Shown here in pieces: positions 28,614 through 37,634 of a stretch of DNA of 64,000 nt. Each line of letters opens with the position of its first letter. Position 1 is the first letter of the stretch. The notes below the pieces were generated by a model. That model was not told the DNA's origin and searched no databases. It saw only the letters and a program-made list of their open reading frames with translations. Source of the stretch: Candidatus Melainabacteria bacterium 17Bon1m (GTDB taxonomy: Bacteria; Cyanobacteriota; Vampirovibrionia; Obscuribacterales; Obscuribacteraceae); NCBI GenBank assembly GCA_032128875.1, contig JAVLKG010000004.1, forward strand, positions 544,001-608,000. Reading direction: 5' to 3'. The position numbers and the translations under genes are program-made.

Positions 28614-30779
28614 TCACTTAAGGTTGCCAGCGTCCCACTTGAAGTCAGGAAGATTCTTCGCCAAGTCAGAGGTCTCCTCATCGGTCCAAAAGACTTTGAT
28701 GGAAGGCAGCTTTTGTTTTAACGCCTTTTCAAATGTCCGCTTTTGCTCCCCAGTCCAATCTAAATCGCCTAATTCGAGCTTTTTAAGTCCAGGCATCTCA
28801 CGCAAACTCTCAATGCAATTCGGCGAAACCGCAGTCGCAGATAAGTCAAGCCACGTCAGGTTTTTCATGTCCTTAAGATAACTGACACCAGCGTCCGTAA
28901 TATCTTTGTTTTGCGAAACACACAACACTCGCAGCGGATTGCACTGAGAAATGTCTTTCATCAGAACATCGTCCAATTGGCAATTTTGCATCTGCAGTTC
29001 ATACAAATTGGGTAGTTCGCCAAGCGTCTTACAAAACGGCACCATGCCTTGATTGTTAGATATGTCAATGGCGTTGAGATTGGATAAGACAGGTGACTTT
29101 ATGAGTGCATCGCCGTGCACTTGCGTATCGTTGAAATTCGCATAGCGCAGATTACTAAGTTTATCCAAGCTAGAAATCGCCGAATTATTGAAGAGCGTGT
29201 GTTTTGCGTTCAACGCCTTTAGGCTGGTCATATGTGCAATGTAAGAGAATCCTGCCGCTTTGAAGTGCGGAGCAGAACTAAAATTGAGAAAGACCAGGTC
29301 GTCCGGAGCAAATCCCATAAGCAATTCCGGAGCATCCAGTGCATTGTTTCTCACCAGCAATGACAATCTTCTCTGCTTGGGGAATTTCTTCTCCCCTTCC
29401 GCTTCGCAGATGAAGGCAAAATCGTCGATGATAGAACCCATGCAGATACCTTTGGGAAAGGTCAACACACGATTTTCACCATCAATTTTTGAAAAACTTC
29501 CGAGAGCTGGTGGAGCAATTTTCTTTTCTGCATCCGCTGATGACTGAAAGGACGCCTGGGCTGTTGACGTAGTCGCAAAAGGTGATTCCTTCGACATACG
29601 CTCTTCGTAAAACGTTTTAAGTTCTTTTATTTGGTTGCTCAAAGCAAAATAGCAGACTGTTGCGCCTGCTGCTGCACCAAGAAGAGCTGCCGCTGCGGCA
29701 ATCAGAAGTGTGTTATTGGTAAAACTCTGCCCGCCTTTTGTAGCTGTTTTGCCGCGGTCTGCCCGCAATTCTCCAATTTGCTGTGGGGGCGAACTGCTAC
29801 TTTCTCCGCTCAGGCTGCGCTCCAGCTCAATCAGATCGGCAGCAAGTGAGTTCGCTTTTTGATAGCGGTCATCAGGATCTTTCTCGAGAAGTTTGGCAAT
29901 GATCTTTTCCAATCCAATCGGAAAACCAATGCCCATTGATGCTTCTTTCAATGAAAGCGGCGGCTCCTGCTGGTGTTTCATCATGGTGGCAATGGCTGTG
30001 TCACCGATAAAAGGAGGCGCACCGGTAAGAGCTTCGTAAAAGAGACAACCAAGCGAATACAAGTCGCAGCGGCTGTCTATACCAGTGCCCGCGCATTGCT
30101 CTGGGCTCATGTATAGAGGACTGCCAAATATTTCGCCGGTCTTTGTCAGTGTTTGTTGATTGAATTCGTCAACGCCGGTCAATTTTGCGATACCGAAATC
30201 GACTACCTTGACTGATTCTTCTCCGTTTTTGTTTTCCAGCATAATATTGCTGGGTTTCAAATCTCTGTGAATAATGCGATGGTCGTGCGCATAATGAATG
30301 GCAAATGCTACTTGTATGAAAATCTTGATAGCACGCTTCATTGGCAGGCGTCCGAGCTTCCTGATTTCGTCAGCCAGAGTTACCCCTTCGACCAGCTCCA
30401 TAAGGAAATAAGGACGTCCACCAGGCAAAAGTCCGAATTCGAATACGCGAAGCAAGTTGGCGTGATCCAGCATGTTTGCTGCTTTTGCTTCGTTCTCAAA
30501 ACGGCGCCAGTTGATGTCGTTGCGATGGCACTTGTTCAAGCATTTCAGTGCGTACTGCTGGTTCATAAACAAGTGATCAACCTTGTAGACGCTACCCATG
30601 CCGCCTACGCCTAACAATTCCAAAATCTTGAACTTTTCCAGAAGGATAAGTCCGGGTTGAATTTCGGCAGGAGCTTGTGCCTGCAAAGACATTGTCGTGT
30701 CGGCAAAAGGCAATCCTTCGCGAAGTGGTGATTCTTGCGACTCAGTCATGCTCGTCTTTTCTTCTTCAGCCTCGGTCAT
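28614..30779 (-). CDS. Hanks-type Ser/Thr kinase - TM - LRR receptor (array copy 2)
   Basis: GVGGMG, HRDLKPSN, DFG; TM LLIAAAAALLGAAAGATVCYFAL; LRRs (LTWLDLSAT). Confidence 0.93.
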   Translation of the reverse strand: MTEAEEEKTSMTESQESPLREGLPFADTTMSLQAQAPAEIQPGLILLEKFKILELLGVGGMGSVYKVDHLFMNQQYALKCLNKCHRNDINWRRFENEAKAANMLDHANLLRVFEFGLLPGGRPYFLMELVEGVTLADEIRKLGRLPMKRAIKIFIQVAFAIHYAHDHRIIHRDLKPSNIMLENKNGEESVKVVDFGIAKLTGVDEFNQQTLTKTGEIFGSPLYMSPEQCAGTGIDSRCDLYSLGCLFYEALTGAPPFIGDTAIATMMKHQQEPPLSLKEASMGIGFPIGLEKIIAKLLEKDPDDRYQKANSLAADLIELERSLSGESSSSPPQQIGELRADRGKTATKGGQSFTNNTLLIAAAAALLGAAAGATVCYFALSNQIKELKTFYEERMSKESPFATTSTAQASFQSSADAEKKIAPPALGSFSKIDGENRVLTFPKGICMGSIIDDFAFICEAEGEKKFPKQRRLSLLVRNNALDAPELLMGFAPDDLVFLNFSSAPHFKAAGFSYIAHMTSLKALNAKHTLFNNSAISSLDKLSNLRYANFNDTQVHGDALIKSPVLSNLNAIDISNNQGMVPFCKTLGELPNLYELQMQNCQLDDVLMKDISQCNPLRVLCVSQNKDITDAGVSYLKDMKNLTWLDLSATAVSPNCIESLREMPGLKKLELGDLDWTGEQKRTFEKALKQKLPSIKVFWTDEETSDLAKNLPDFKWDAGNLK

Positions 30780-30785
30780 GCTCTA

Positions 30786-32906
30786 TTACAAACCTTCTCC
30801 CTTCCAATCAAAATCGAGGCAAAATTCAGGAGTGCTGCTTTCCGGACTGCCAAGAAAAAGTTTTACTTTGGGCAATGCTTTTCTGAGCGCCATGACGGCA
30901 CTCTTCGACGTCATATCGTTAGACAATCCGAGATGAGTTAGATTGGGGAGTTGACGCAGTGAATCAAGACATTTCATGTCCGCAGAAGTGCCGCAAAGAT
31001 CGAGATATTTCAAGTCTTTCAATTTGGTCAAATGTTTCACACCCTCATTGGTCACGCCCATGTTTTGACCGACAGCGAGCGCTCTCAGCGTGCGAGCTTT
31101 GGCAATCTGCTTAAGAGTATCGTCAGTAAGACTGTCTCCGTGCAACGCTAGCTGGTAGAGTCTTGGCATCTCTTCAATGCGTTCTAAAAATGTCTCGATA
31201 TTTTGAATGCCGCCTGCGTGAAGAGAAGTCAGCTTGGACAAAAACTTCATCGAGGCCAGCCCATTGCCTGTAATTGTCGTCATGCTCACATTGAGATAAC
31301 TCACATTAGGAAGCGAATCCAGATATTTTAGGTCCGAGTCGCTGAAGTCGGAAAACTTGACGTTGAGTGCTTTTAGGCCGGTTAAGTGAGTTAGCGCAGA
31401 GAAGACTTTCGATATCGCCATATCATTTCGCGACATGAATACTAACGTGAGATCATTAGGTCCGAATTTCTTCAACAAGAGCGGATTTTTTGCCAGCGCA
31501 TCGTAAGTGGGATTGAAACCGATGAGCTGATCGTGTGGTACACGGACTTCACCAATGCAGTTGACTCCAGGCTTGTCGGAGAAGAGAAACGCGCCGATTG
31601 GTGTTTTTGGAAAGAGGAAAACTCTTTCTTTGGTTGCCGGATCAATGTGCGAAAACGGCTTTTCATCGAGAGTCGGAGCGCTAGCGCGTGGTTGAGACTC
31701 TATGACAATAGGACGTTTTCTTGCACGCTCCGCATCCAATTCGCCCTGCAGAAGCACAAAGCTGACGCCCATTCCTGCTAGAAATGCGGCGGCGCCGATT
31801 ATTCCCTGTCCAATCGGATTGCCTGCAAAAATAGACTGTTCTTTCGGAATGTAGGCAGCTCTATTACCGCTTTTGGAACCATCTGCCACCGTGCCCGAAG
31901 CAGCTCTATCGTATTTGAGATGACTTTCCAGTTGGATGAGGTCTTGAGCCAGGAGACTCGCATTCTGATAGCGCTGATTTGGATCTTTCTCCAAGAGTTT
32001 CGCCACAATTCGCTCCAGCTCAATGGGATAGTCAATGCCCATCGATGCTTCTTTGAGGGAAAGAGGCGGCTCGGACTGATGCTTCATCATTGTAGCCAGC
32101 GCGCTGTCACCAATAAATGGCGGTGCGCCTGTCAACGCTTCGTAGAACATGCAACCAAGAGAATACAAATCACTGCGTGAGTCTACAACCAAACCCATGC
32201 ACTGCTCAGGGCTCATGAACAGAGGACTGCCGAAGATTTCTCCCGTTTTTGTAAGAGTCTGCTGGTTGAATTCATCTGCACCCGTCAATTTAGCAATGCC
32301 GAAATCGACTACTTTGACAATTTCTTCTTCGACTCCGTCCTTCTGGGTTTTGACGACCATGATGTTGCTTGACTTCAAATCACGGTGAATGACTCCATTC
32401 TCGTGGGCGTAAGCCATTGCAAAGGCAACCTGGATAAAAATCCGAATGCATCGCTTGACAGGCAGCCTGCCGATGCGCTGAATCTCTTCGGCAAGCGTCG
32501 TGCCCTCCACGAAGTCCATGACGAAATAGGGACGGCGCCCAGGCATCAGTCCAAAGTCGTGGACTTTTATCAAACTGGGGTGGTCAAGAATATGGGCTGC
32601 TTTGGCTTCGTTCTGAAATCGGCGCCAGGTATCGGATTTTGGCTGTTCTTTATTGAGGCACTTAAGCGCAAATACTGTCCCCAGATGAACATGAGTGACG
32701 CGAAAGACACTGCCTACGCCGCCGACACCAACCAGCTCCACGACTTTGTATCTATCCAGGACAACCGAACCCGGCTCCAAAACAACAGGAGCAATCGTTT
32801 CCTCCACCCATGTGGAGTTGCCGGTGCCGCCAAAAGCTGAGCCCTTGGGCTTATCACCCTGTGACTTTTCTTCTTTCTCTCGATTTGTGGACGGATTGTC
32901 TGTCAT
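30786..32906 (-). CDS. Hanks-type Ser/Thr kinase - TM - LRR receptor (array copy 1)
   Basis: GVGGVG, HRDLKSSN, DFG; TM IIGAAAFLAGMGVSFVLL; LRRs (LKYLDLCGT). Confidence 0.93.
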   Translation of the reverse strand: MTDNPSTNREKEEKSQGDKPKGSAFGGTGNSTWVEETIAPVVLEPGSVVLDRYKVVELVGVGGVGSVFRVTHVHLGTVFALKCLNKEQPKSDTWRRFQNEAKAAHILDHPSLIKVHDFGLMPGRRPYFVMDFVEGTTLAEEIQRIGRLPVKRCIRIFIQVAFAMAYAHENGVIHRDLKSSNIMVVKTQKDGVEEEIVKVVDFGIAKLTGADEFNQQTLTKTGEIFGSPLFMSPEQCMGLVVDSRSDLYSLGCMFYEALTGAPPFIGDSALATMMKHQSEPPLSLKEASMGIDYPIELERIVAKLLEKDPNQRYQNASLLAQDLIQLESHLKYDRAASGTVADGSKSGNRAAYIPKEQSIFAGNPIGQGIIGAAAFLAGMGVSFVLLQGELDAERARKRPIVIESQPRASAPTLDEKPFSHIDPATKERVFLFPKTPIGAFLFSDKPGVNCIGEVRVPHDQLIGFNPTYDALAKNPLLLKKFGPNDLTLVFMSRNDMAISKVFSALTHLTGLKALNVKFSDFSDSDLKYLDSLPNVSYLNVSMTTITGNGLASMKFLSKLTSLHAGGIQNIETFLERIEEMPRLYQLALHGDSLTDDTLKQIAKARTLRALAVGQNMGVTNEGVKHLTKLKDLKYLDLCGTSADMKCLDSLRQLPNLTHLGLSNDMTSKSAVMALRKALPKVKLFLGSPESSTPEFCLDFDWKGEGL

Positions 32907-33020
32907 TTCTACAGGTTGTGATGCCCAATATCTTGTTCCACAAAGAATTAGGCTTATTACATACTCTTGTGTCCGATAAGAACCTTTTCGCCCTTACTTA
33001 CCGGAAAGCTTTCGAGTTAT

Positions 33021-33782
33021 TCAGTTGAGATCTTCCATAATTTCGCGCATGTCATCGGTTTTGTCGCCGAAAGTTATGTCGCTTTCGGTTGTGTTTTTGT
33101 AATCACGTGGAATTGAAAAAATACTTTTTTGAAATGGTTTTTGCTGCGCGGTAATGGTATCGAGTGTGGTGAATACAATTTCAGAGCGGTTATAAGCAAG
33201 ACCCTGACCAAACCTGTATGGCTTGCCTATTTTTACATACTTGAGCGGAATGCCATCAGCTGGTTGTATGTGAAACATTTGCACGAGGAAAGTGCGAATG
33301 TGCGGGTCGATTTTTATGCTCGTATTGACGAAGTATGTGCCTGCTTTTCCACGCTTTAAGTCAACGAGCTTGCCGTCCTTCGATTTGAACGGCAAGGCGT
33401 AAGCCTTGGCCGGAAGCCCTTTGTAGAGAAATGCTTTTTTCTCAACAACAAGCGGCCAATCGGTGGCACCGTCAAAAAACTCGATATGCTTTGGCCCGTT
33501 GCGGATGAAATTGGCATAAGTGAGATGAGCGATCTTCCGCTTCTTTGGCTGAAAAACAGCAACATTCCAGGACGGTCCGGAAATAACGAATGTCAGTCCG
33601 TTCTTCTGAACAATGCGAGCATGATTTTTCGCGATTTGCACTTCAATGTCGCCGAGACCCTTGTGTCGCTGGTACAAACTAAGCATTGGCTCGGCATGAG
33701 CGCTCTGAGCAAAGAAAAAACTGGCTGCAACGCTCAAAAATGATGCGGAGGCAAGAATTCCGGCGATATTCTTGTGGTCCAT
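33021..33782 (-). CDS. Exported hypothetical protein (DUF4412-like C-terminal F.IP.DY motif)
   Basis: Signal peptide ending SAHA; beta-rich sequence; IFSIPRDYK near the C-terminus. Confidence 0.7.
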   Translation of the reverse strand: MDHKNIAGILASASFLSVAASFFFAQSAHAEPMLSLYQRHKGLGDIEVQIAKNHARIVQKNGLTFVISGPSWNVAVFQPKKRKIAHLTYANFIRNGPKHIEFFDGATDWPLVVEKKAFLYKGLPAKAYALPFKSKDGKLVDLKRGKAGTYFVNTSIKIDPHIRTFLVQMFHIQPADGIPLKYVKIGKPYRFGQGLAYNRSEIVFTTLDTITAQQKPFQKSIFSIPRDYKNTTESDITFGDKTDDMREIMEDLN

Positions 33783-33874
33783 CAGAGTCAGATGCTCGCA
33801 TGGGAATTCATTCTATTTTTCCACGTCGGCTAGTATATAAAGGCGCTAATATATGAAAAGCCTGTGAGGGGTCA

Positions 33875-34714
33875 TTGTTTCGGGTGTTTATTTCGGGAAT
33901 TTCGTTGGCCGTAGGTGTTTACGTAGCTCTTGCTCCGCGCATGGCTCGTCCCTTGTACCGCCAATTCTTGTTTCATCCCGATCCTTACCCGCAAGATATC
34001 GAGACGGCTCCCATTCTAGGCGGCGTTCAAGGAGAGGATGTCTACTTCCTCTCACGTAAAGGGCGTCGTTTGCACGGCTGGATCTTCGAAAAACCGGGCG
34101 CCCGCGACTGGATGCTTGTTAGCCACGGCAATGCCGGCAACATCGCCAATCGAATGGAGCTAATTCATCTGCTTCTGCGCGCCGGAGTTTCTGTCTTTAT
34201 CTATGACTATCAAGGCTATGGACGCAGCCAAGGAAAACCTGACATTCCCGACATTTGCTATGACGGCGAAGCAGCATACGATTTTCTGGTAGAGGAAAAG
34301 AATGTGCGGCAGGAAGAAATCATTCTGTACGGCGAATCCTTAGGCGCCTCAGTGGCCGGATACATTTCAAGAGTCCGGCGATCGAAAGGGCTCATTCTCC
34401 AATCTGGTTTTGCATCACTAGAGCGTATCGCCCGCGAGTCGCTTCCAATACTGCGCATTTATCCTGACTTTCTTTTCCCCCAGTCGTTTTTAAATAACAC
34501 GGCAGTTTTGCAGCAGCCGCATCCTCCCGTTTTAATTGCCCATGGATTGAACGATTCCGTAATCGATTTTGAGCACGCCAGCCATTTGTTCAAAACTGCT
34601 GTCGGGAAGAAAATTTTGTTAGAACTGCCGGAGAGCGCTCACAGCGACATAACCATAAGTGCGCCGGAAAAATTTCAGTCGGCGATTATGGAATTTCTTT
34701 CCGGGCTTTCTTAG
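33875..34714 (+). CDS. Alpha/beta hydrolase (ABHD/Bem46-like)
   Basis: HGNAGN, YDYQGYGRS, nucleophile GESLG, HG.ND and SAH motifs. Confidence 0.9.
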   Translation: MFRVFISGISLAVGVYVALAPRMARPLYRQFLFHPDPYPQDIETAPILGGVQGEDVYFLSRKGRRLHGWIFEKPGARDWMLVSHGNAGNIANRMELIHLLLRAGVSVFIYDYQGYGRSQGKPDIPDICYDGEAAYDFLVEEKNVRQEEIILYGESLGASVAGYISRVRRSKGLILQSGFASLERIARESLPILRIYPDFLFPQSFLNNTAVLQQPHPPVLIAHGLNDSVIDFEHASHLFKTAVGKKILLELPESAHSDITISAPEKFQSAIMEFLSGLS

Positions 34715-34735
34715 TTTTGTTTTTCAACCAAGAAG

Positions 34736-37021
34736 TTATTTAGCCGAAACACCTTCACGACGAAGGCGGATCAAGTTCAGCGCCGAGCCGGCTTTGAACC
34801 AACCGATTTGCTCTTCGGTCATGGTGTGCTTCAACTCGATTTTGTCTTCGGTACCATCGGCATGGCGAATGACCATTTCGACATTCTTGCCGGGCGCGAT
34901 TTTAGCCAGATCGAGCAGGCTGACTCTGTCGGTTTCGCCAATCTTGTCGTAGTCTTCAGGTTTAACAAAAGTGAATGGCAAAATCCCTTGCTTCTTGAGA
35001 TTCGTTTCGTGAATTCGAGCAAAACTCTTTACCACGACTGCTTTGCAGTTGAGGAAGCGAGGCGACATCGCCGCGTGCTCACGGCTCGAACCTTCACCGT
35101 AGTTAAGATCGCCGACTGCAATCCAACCAAGACCGTTTGCTTTGTAGTTGCGTGCAACGGCTTGAAAAGCCTTTCTTTCGCCGTTCAACACATCCAGTCC
35201 GATACCGATATCTTTAGTGAATGCATTGGTCGCACCGCTAAACATGTTGTCGCTGATCTTGTCGAGGTGACCTCTATAGCGCAGCCAAGGACCAGCAGCC
35301 GAAATATGATCGGTGGTGCATTTGCCCAGTGCTTTCATCAAGATCGGCAAGTTCACGTAGTCTTTGCCATCCCAAGCTTCAAATGGCTCGAGCAACTGCA
35401 ATCTTTCTGAGGTCGGTTTTACATCGACTACAACTTTGTCGCCATCTTTAGCTGGTGGAATAAAACCAGTTTCGTCAGCAATAAAACCTTGCTCCGGAAG
35501 CTCTTGAGCAGTCGGTGGATTGAGCTTGAATTCCTTACCGTCTGTGCCTTTCAGCGTGTCGGTCAGGGGGTTGAATTTCAGGCTTCCAGCCAGAGCCAAG
35601 GCAGTGACGATTTCAGGACTGCCGATGAAAGCTAACGTTTCGGCGTTGCCATCATTTCTCTTTTGGAAATTTCTGTTGAAAGAAGTGATGATCGAATTTC
35701 TTTCGCCAGGTGTGATGTCATCTCTTTTCCACTGCCCAATGCACGGTCCGCAGGCATTGGCGAGCACCGTTCCACCGATTGTTTCTAACGTCTTCAATTG
35801 ACCATCTCTGCCGATGGTTTTGTAAATTTGCTCAGAACCAGGTGAGATAAGAAAACCGATGTCAGCTTTGACGCCGTGCTCACCAGCTTGGTTAGCCACA
35901 TGTGCAGCTCTGCCCATATCTTCATAAGAAGAATTTGTGCAGCTTCCAATCAACGCATATTTCAGATGCTCGGGATATCCCTTCTCGTCTACTTCTTTAG
36001 CCAGCGCTGAGATTGGGCGTGCCAGGTCGGGGGTGTGTGGTCCGACAACATATGGTTCGAGCGTATCGAGATCGATCTCGATGACTTGGTCGAAGTAGTT
36101 CTTGTAGTCTTTTTCTACTTCAGGATCGGCTACCAGGTGTTCTCTGTATTGCTCTGCCAGTGCGGCAATCTCTTCGCGCTTTGTAGCGCGCAGGTATTTC
36201 GCCATTCGATCGTCGAACGGGAAGATGGAGGTTGTAGCGCCAAGCTCGGCACCCATGTTTGTAATTGTGCCTTTACCTGTGCAGCTAATCGATTCGGTTC
36301 CGGGTCCGAAGTATTCGACAATAGCGCCAGTACCGCCTGCTACAGTCAGGATGCCAGCCAGTTTCAAAATTACATCTTTAGGTGCTGTCCAGCCATTCAA
36401 CTTTCCAGTCAGACGAACACCAATAAGCTTGGGCCATCTAACGCCCCATGGTTCGCCCGCCATCACATCCACAGCATCGGCGCCGCCGACACCAATCGCT
36501 ATCATGCCTAGACCGCCGGCATTAGGTGTATGCGAGTCAGTACCGATCATCATGCCGCCAGGAAAAGCGTAATTTTCCAAAACGACCTGGTGGATAATTC
36601 CCGAGCCCGGCTTCCAAAAGCCGATGCCATGCTTCTCGGCAGCGGTGCGCAAGAAGTTGTAGACCTCGGAATTTTCACTGAGAGCATTTTCCATGTCTTT
36701 GTCTGCGCCCACTCTGGCAAGGATCAAGTGGTCGCAGTGAATGGTCGAAGGGACAGCGACTGTCTTCAACTTGGCTTGCATAAATTGCAGTACTGCCATT
36801 TGAGCTGTCGCATCTTGCATCGCCACACGGTCCGGACGCAAGAGGGCATAACTTTCTCCACGCTTCGGGTGCTTCTCTGAAGCGTCCCAGTGGTCAAGGT
36901 GAGCCGTGAGGATTTTCTCTGCCAGGGTCAAGCCACGCCCAAACCGCTTGCGAGCCTCAGCATGCTTTTCAGGCAATGACTCATAGATTTTCTTGATGTC
37001 GTTGGCGCTAAGTTCAGTCAT
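34736..37021 (-). CDS. acnA: Aconitate hydratase, mitochondrial-like class
   Basis: [48 protein letters not shown] and [10 protein letters not shown]. Probable ATG at 37021 with SD GAGGG. Confidence 0.95.
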   Translation of the reverse strand: MTELSANDIKKIYESLPEKHAEARKRFGRGLTLAEKILTAHLDHWDASEKHPKRGESYALLRPDRVAMQDATAQMAVLQFMQAKLKTVAVPSTIHCDHLILARVGADKDMENALSENSEVYNFLRTAAEKHGIGFWKPGSGIIHQVVLENYAFPGGMMIGTDSHTPNAGGLGMIAIGVGGADAVDVMAGEPWGVRWPKLIGVRLTGKLNGWTAPKDVILKLAGILTVAGGTGAIVEYFGPGTESISCTGKGTITNMGAELGATTSIFPFDDRMAKYLRATKREEIAALAEQYREHLVADPEVEKDYKNYFDQVIEIDLDTLEPYVVGPHTPDLARPISALAKEVDEKGYPEHLKYALIGSCTNSSYEDMGRAAHVANQAGEHGVKADIGFLISPGSEQIYKTIGRDGQLKTLETIGGTVLANACGPCIGQWKRDDITPGERNSIITSFNRNFQKRNDGNAETLAFIGSPEIVTALALAGSLKFNPLTDTLKGTDGKEFKLNPPTAQELPEQGFIADETGFIPPAKDGDKVVVDVKPTSERLQLLEPFEAWDGKDYVNLPILMKALGKCTTDHISAAGPWLRYRGHLDKISDNMFSGATNAFTKDIGIGLDVLNGERKAFQAVARNYKANGLGWIAVGDLNYGEGSSREHAAMSPRFLNCKAVVVKSFARIHETNLKKQGILPFTFVKPEDYDKIGETDRVSLLDLAKIAPGKNVEMVIRHADGTEDKIELKHTMTEEQIGWFKAGSALNLIRLRREGVSAK

Positions 37022-37120
37022 CGGCGTGCCCTCTTCATTCAATATGTGGATATATTGATCTTATCGTGAACAGAGGCTCTAAGCCCCAAAATTTAGGGTT
37101 ATTGCGCATTTCTAAAATTC

Positions 37121-37151
37121 GGGAGGCTGGTCTTGATAACACCAGCCTCCC
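37121..37151 (-). terminator. Intrinsic terminator-like hairpin downstream of the ESESGG peptide gene
   Basis: Perfect 11-bp stem GGGAGGCTGGT/ACCAGCCTCCC followed on the minus strand by GAATTTT. Confidence 0.7.
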
Positions 37152-37193
37152 TGAATTATGTTTGCTTCGGACTGCCGAAACCCAGATGGTGAC

Positions 37194-37601
37194 TTAGTAG
37201 TTTCTGATTTCTACACCAGGTCCGCCGGACTCGGATTCATTTCCTGCATTGCCTGGTCCGCCACTTTCACTGGAGCCGCCAGCGTTGTAAACACCGCCGC
37301 TTTCAGAAGAGCCACCCGAAGCACGAGCGCCACCTGTTTCGGATTCATTGCCTTGATCTGTCGGTCCGCCTGACTCGGATTCTTGTTCTCCGCCGTAGAC
37401 ACCGCCAGATTCAGATTCTCCGCCACCGAAGAAAACTCCACCCGACTCCGATTCAAGTTGGGTCATTTTCACAGGCGAGTTGACAGGGAGATTATTTTGA
37501 CCGAAGCCGTTGTCAAATGCCTTGGCTGATGGGCAATAGGTCAAGATCAGAGCGGCGGCTGCAATAACTGCATAGGCCGGATACTCATTTGTTTTCAACA
37601 T
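37194..37601 (-). CDS. Exported small protein with seven 12-aa-periodic [ES]SE[ST]GG cassettes
   Basis: SD GAGGA; signal peptide ending AKA; repeats visible in the translation and at 36-bp spacing in the DNA. Confidence 0.85.
   Translation of the reverse strand: MLKTNEYPAYAVIAAAALILTYCPSAKAFDNGFGQNNLPVNSPVKMTQLESESGGVFFGGGESESGGVYGGEQESESGGPTDQGNESETGGARASGGSSESGGVYNAGGSSESGGPGNAGNESESGGPGVEIRNY
37221..37454 (-). repeat. 36-bp-period coding repeat (7 conserved 18-nt blocks separated by variable 18-nt blocks)
   Basis: Conserved blocks start at 37221, 37257, 37293, 37329, 37365, 37401 and 37437; variation is largely synonymous. Confidence 0.9.
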
Positions 37602-37634
37602 CTCATTTTCCTCAATTTGAAAAACTTGTCGTGC

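Noticed and set aside
21807-32906. Diversity-generating retroelement or recombinational shuffling of the LRR kinases
   Set aside because: No reverse transcriptase or recombinase, and no near-identical template/variable repeat pair; the paralogues differ throughout at synonymous sites.
37221-37454. 36-bp periodic repeat as a CRISPR or TIGR-like RNA array
   Set aside because: The units vary at synonymous codon positions inside an ORF with SD and signal peptide, so conservation is at the protein level. No cas or Nop-domain gene is present.
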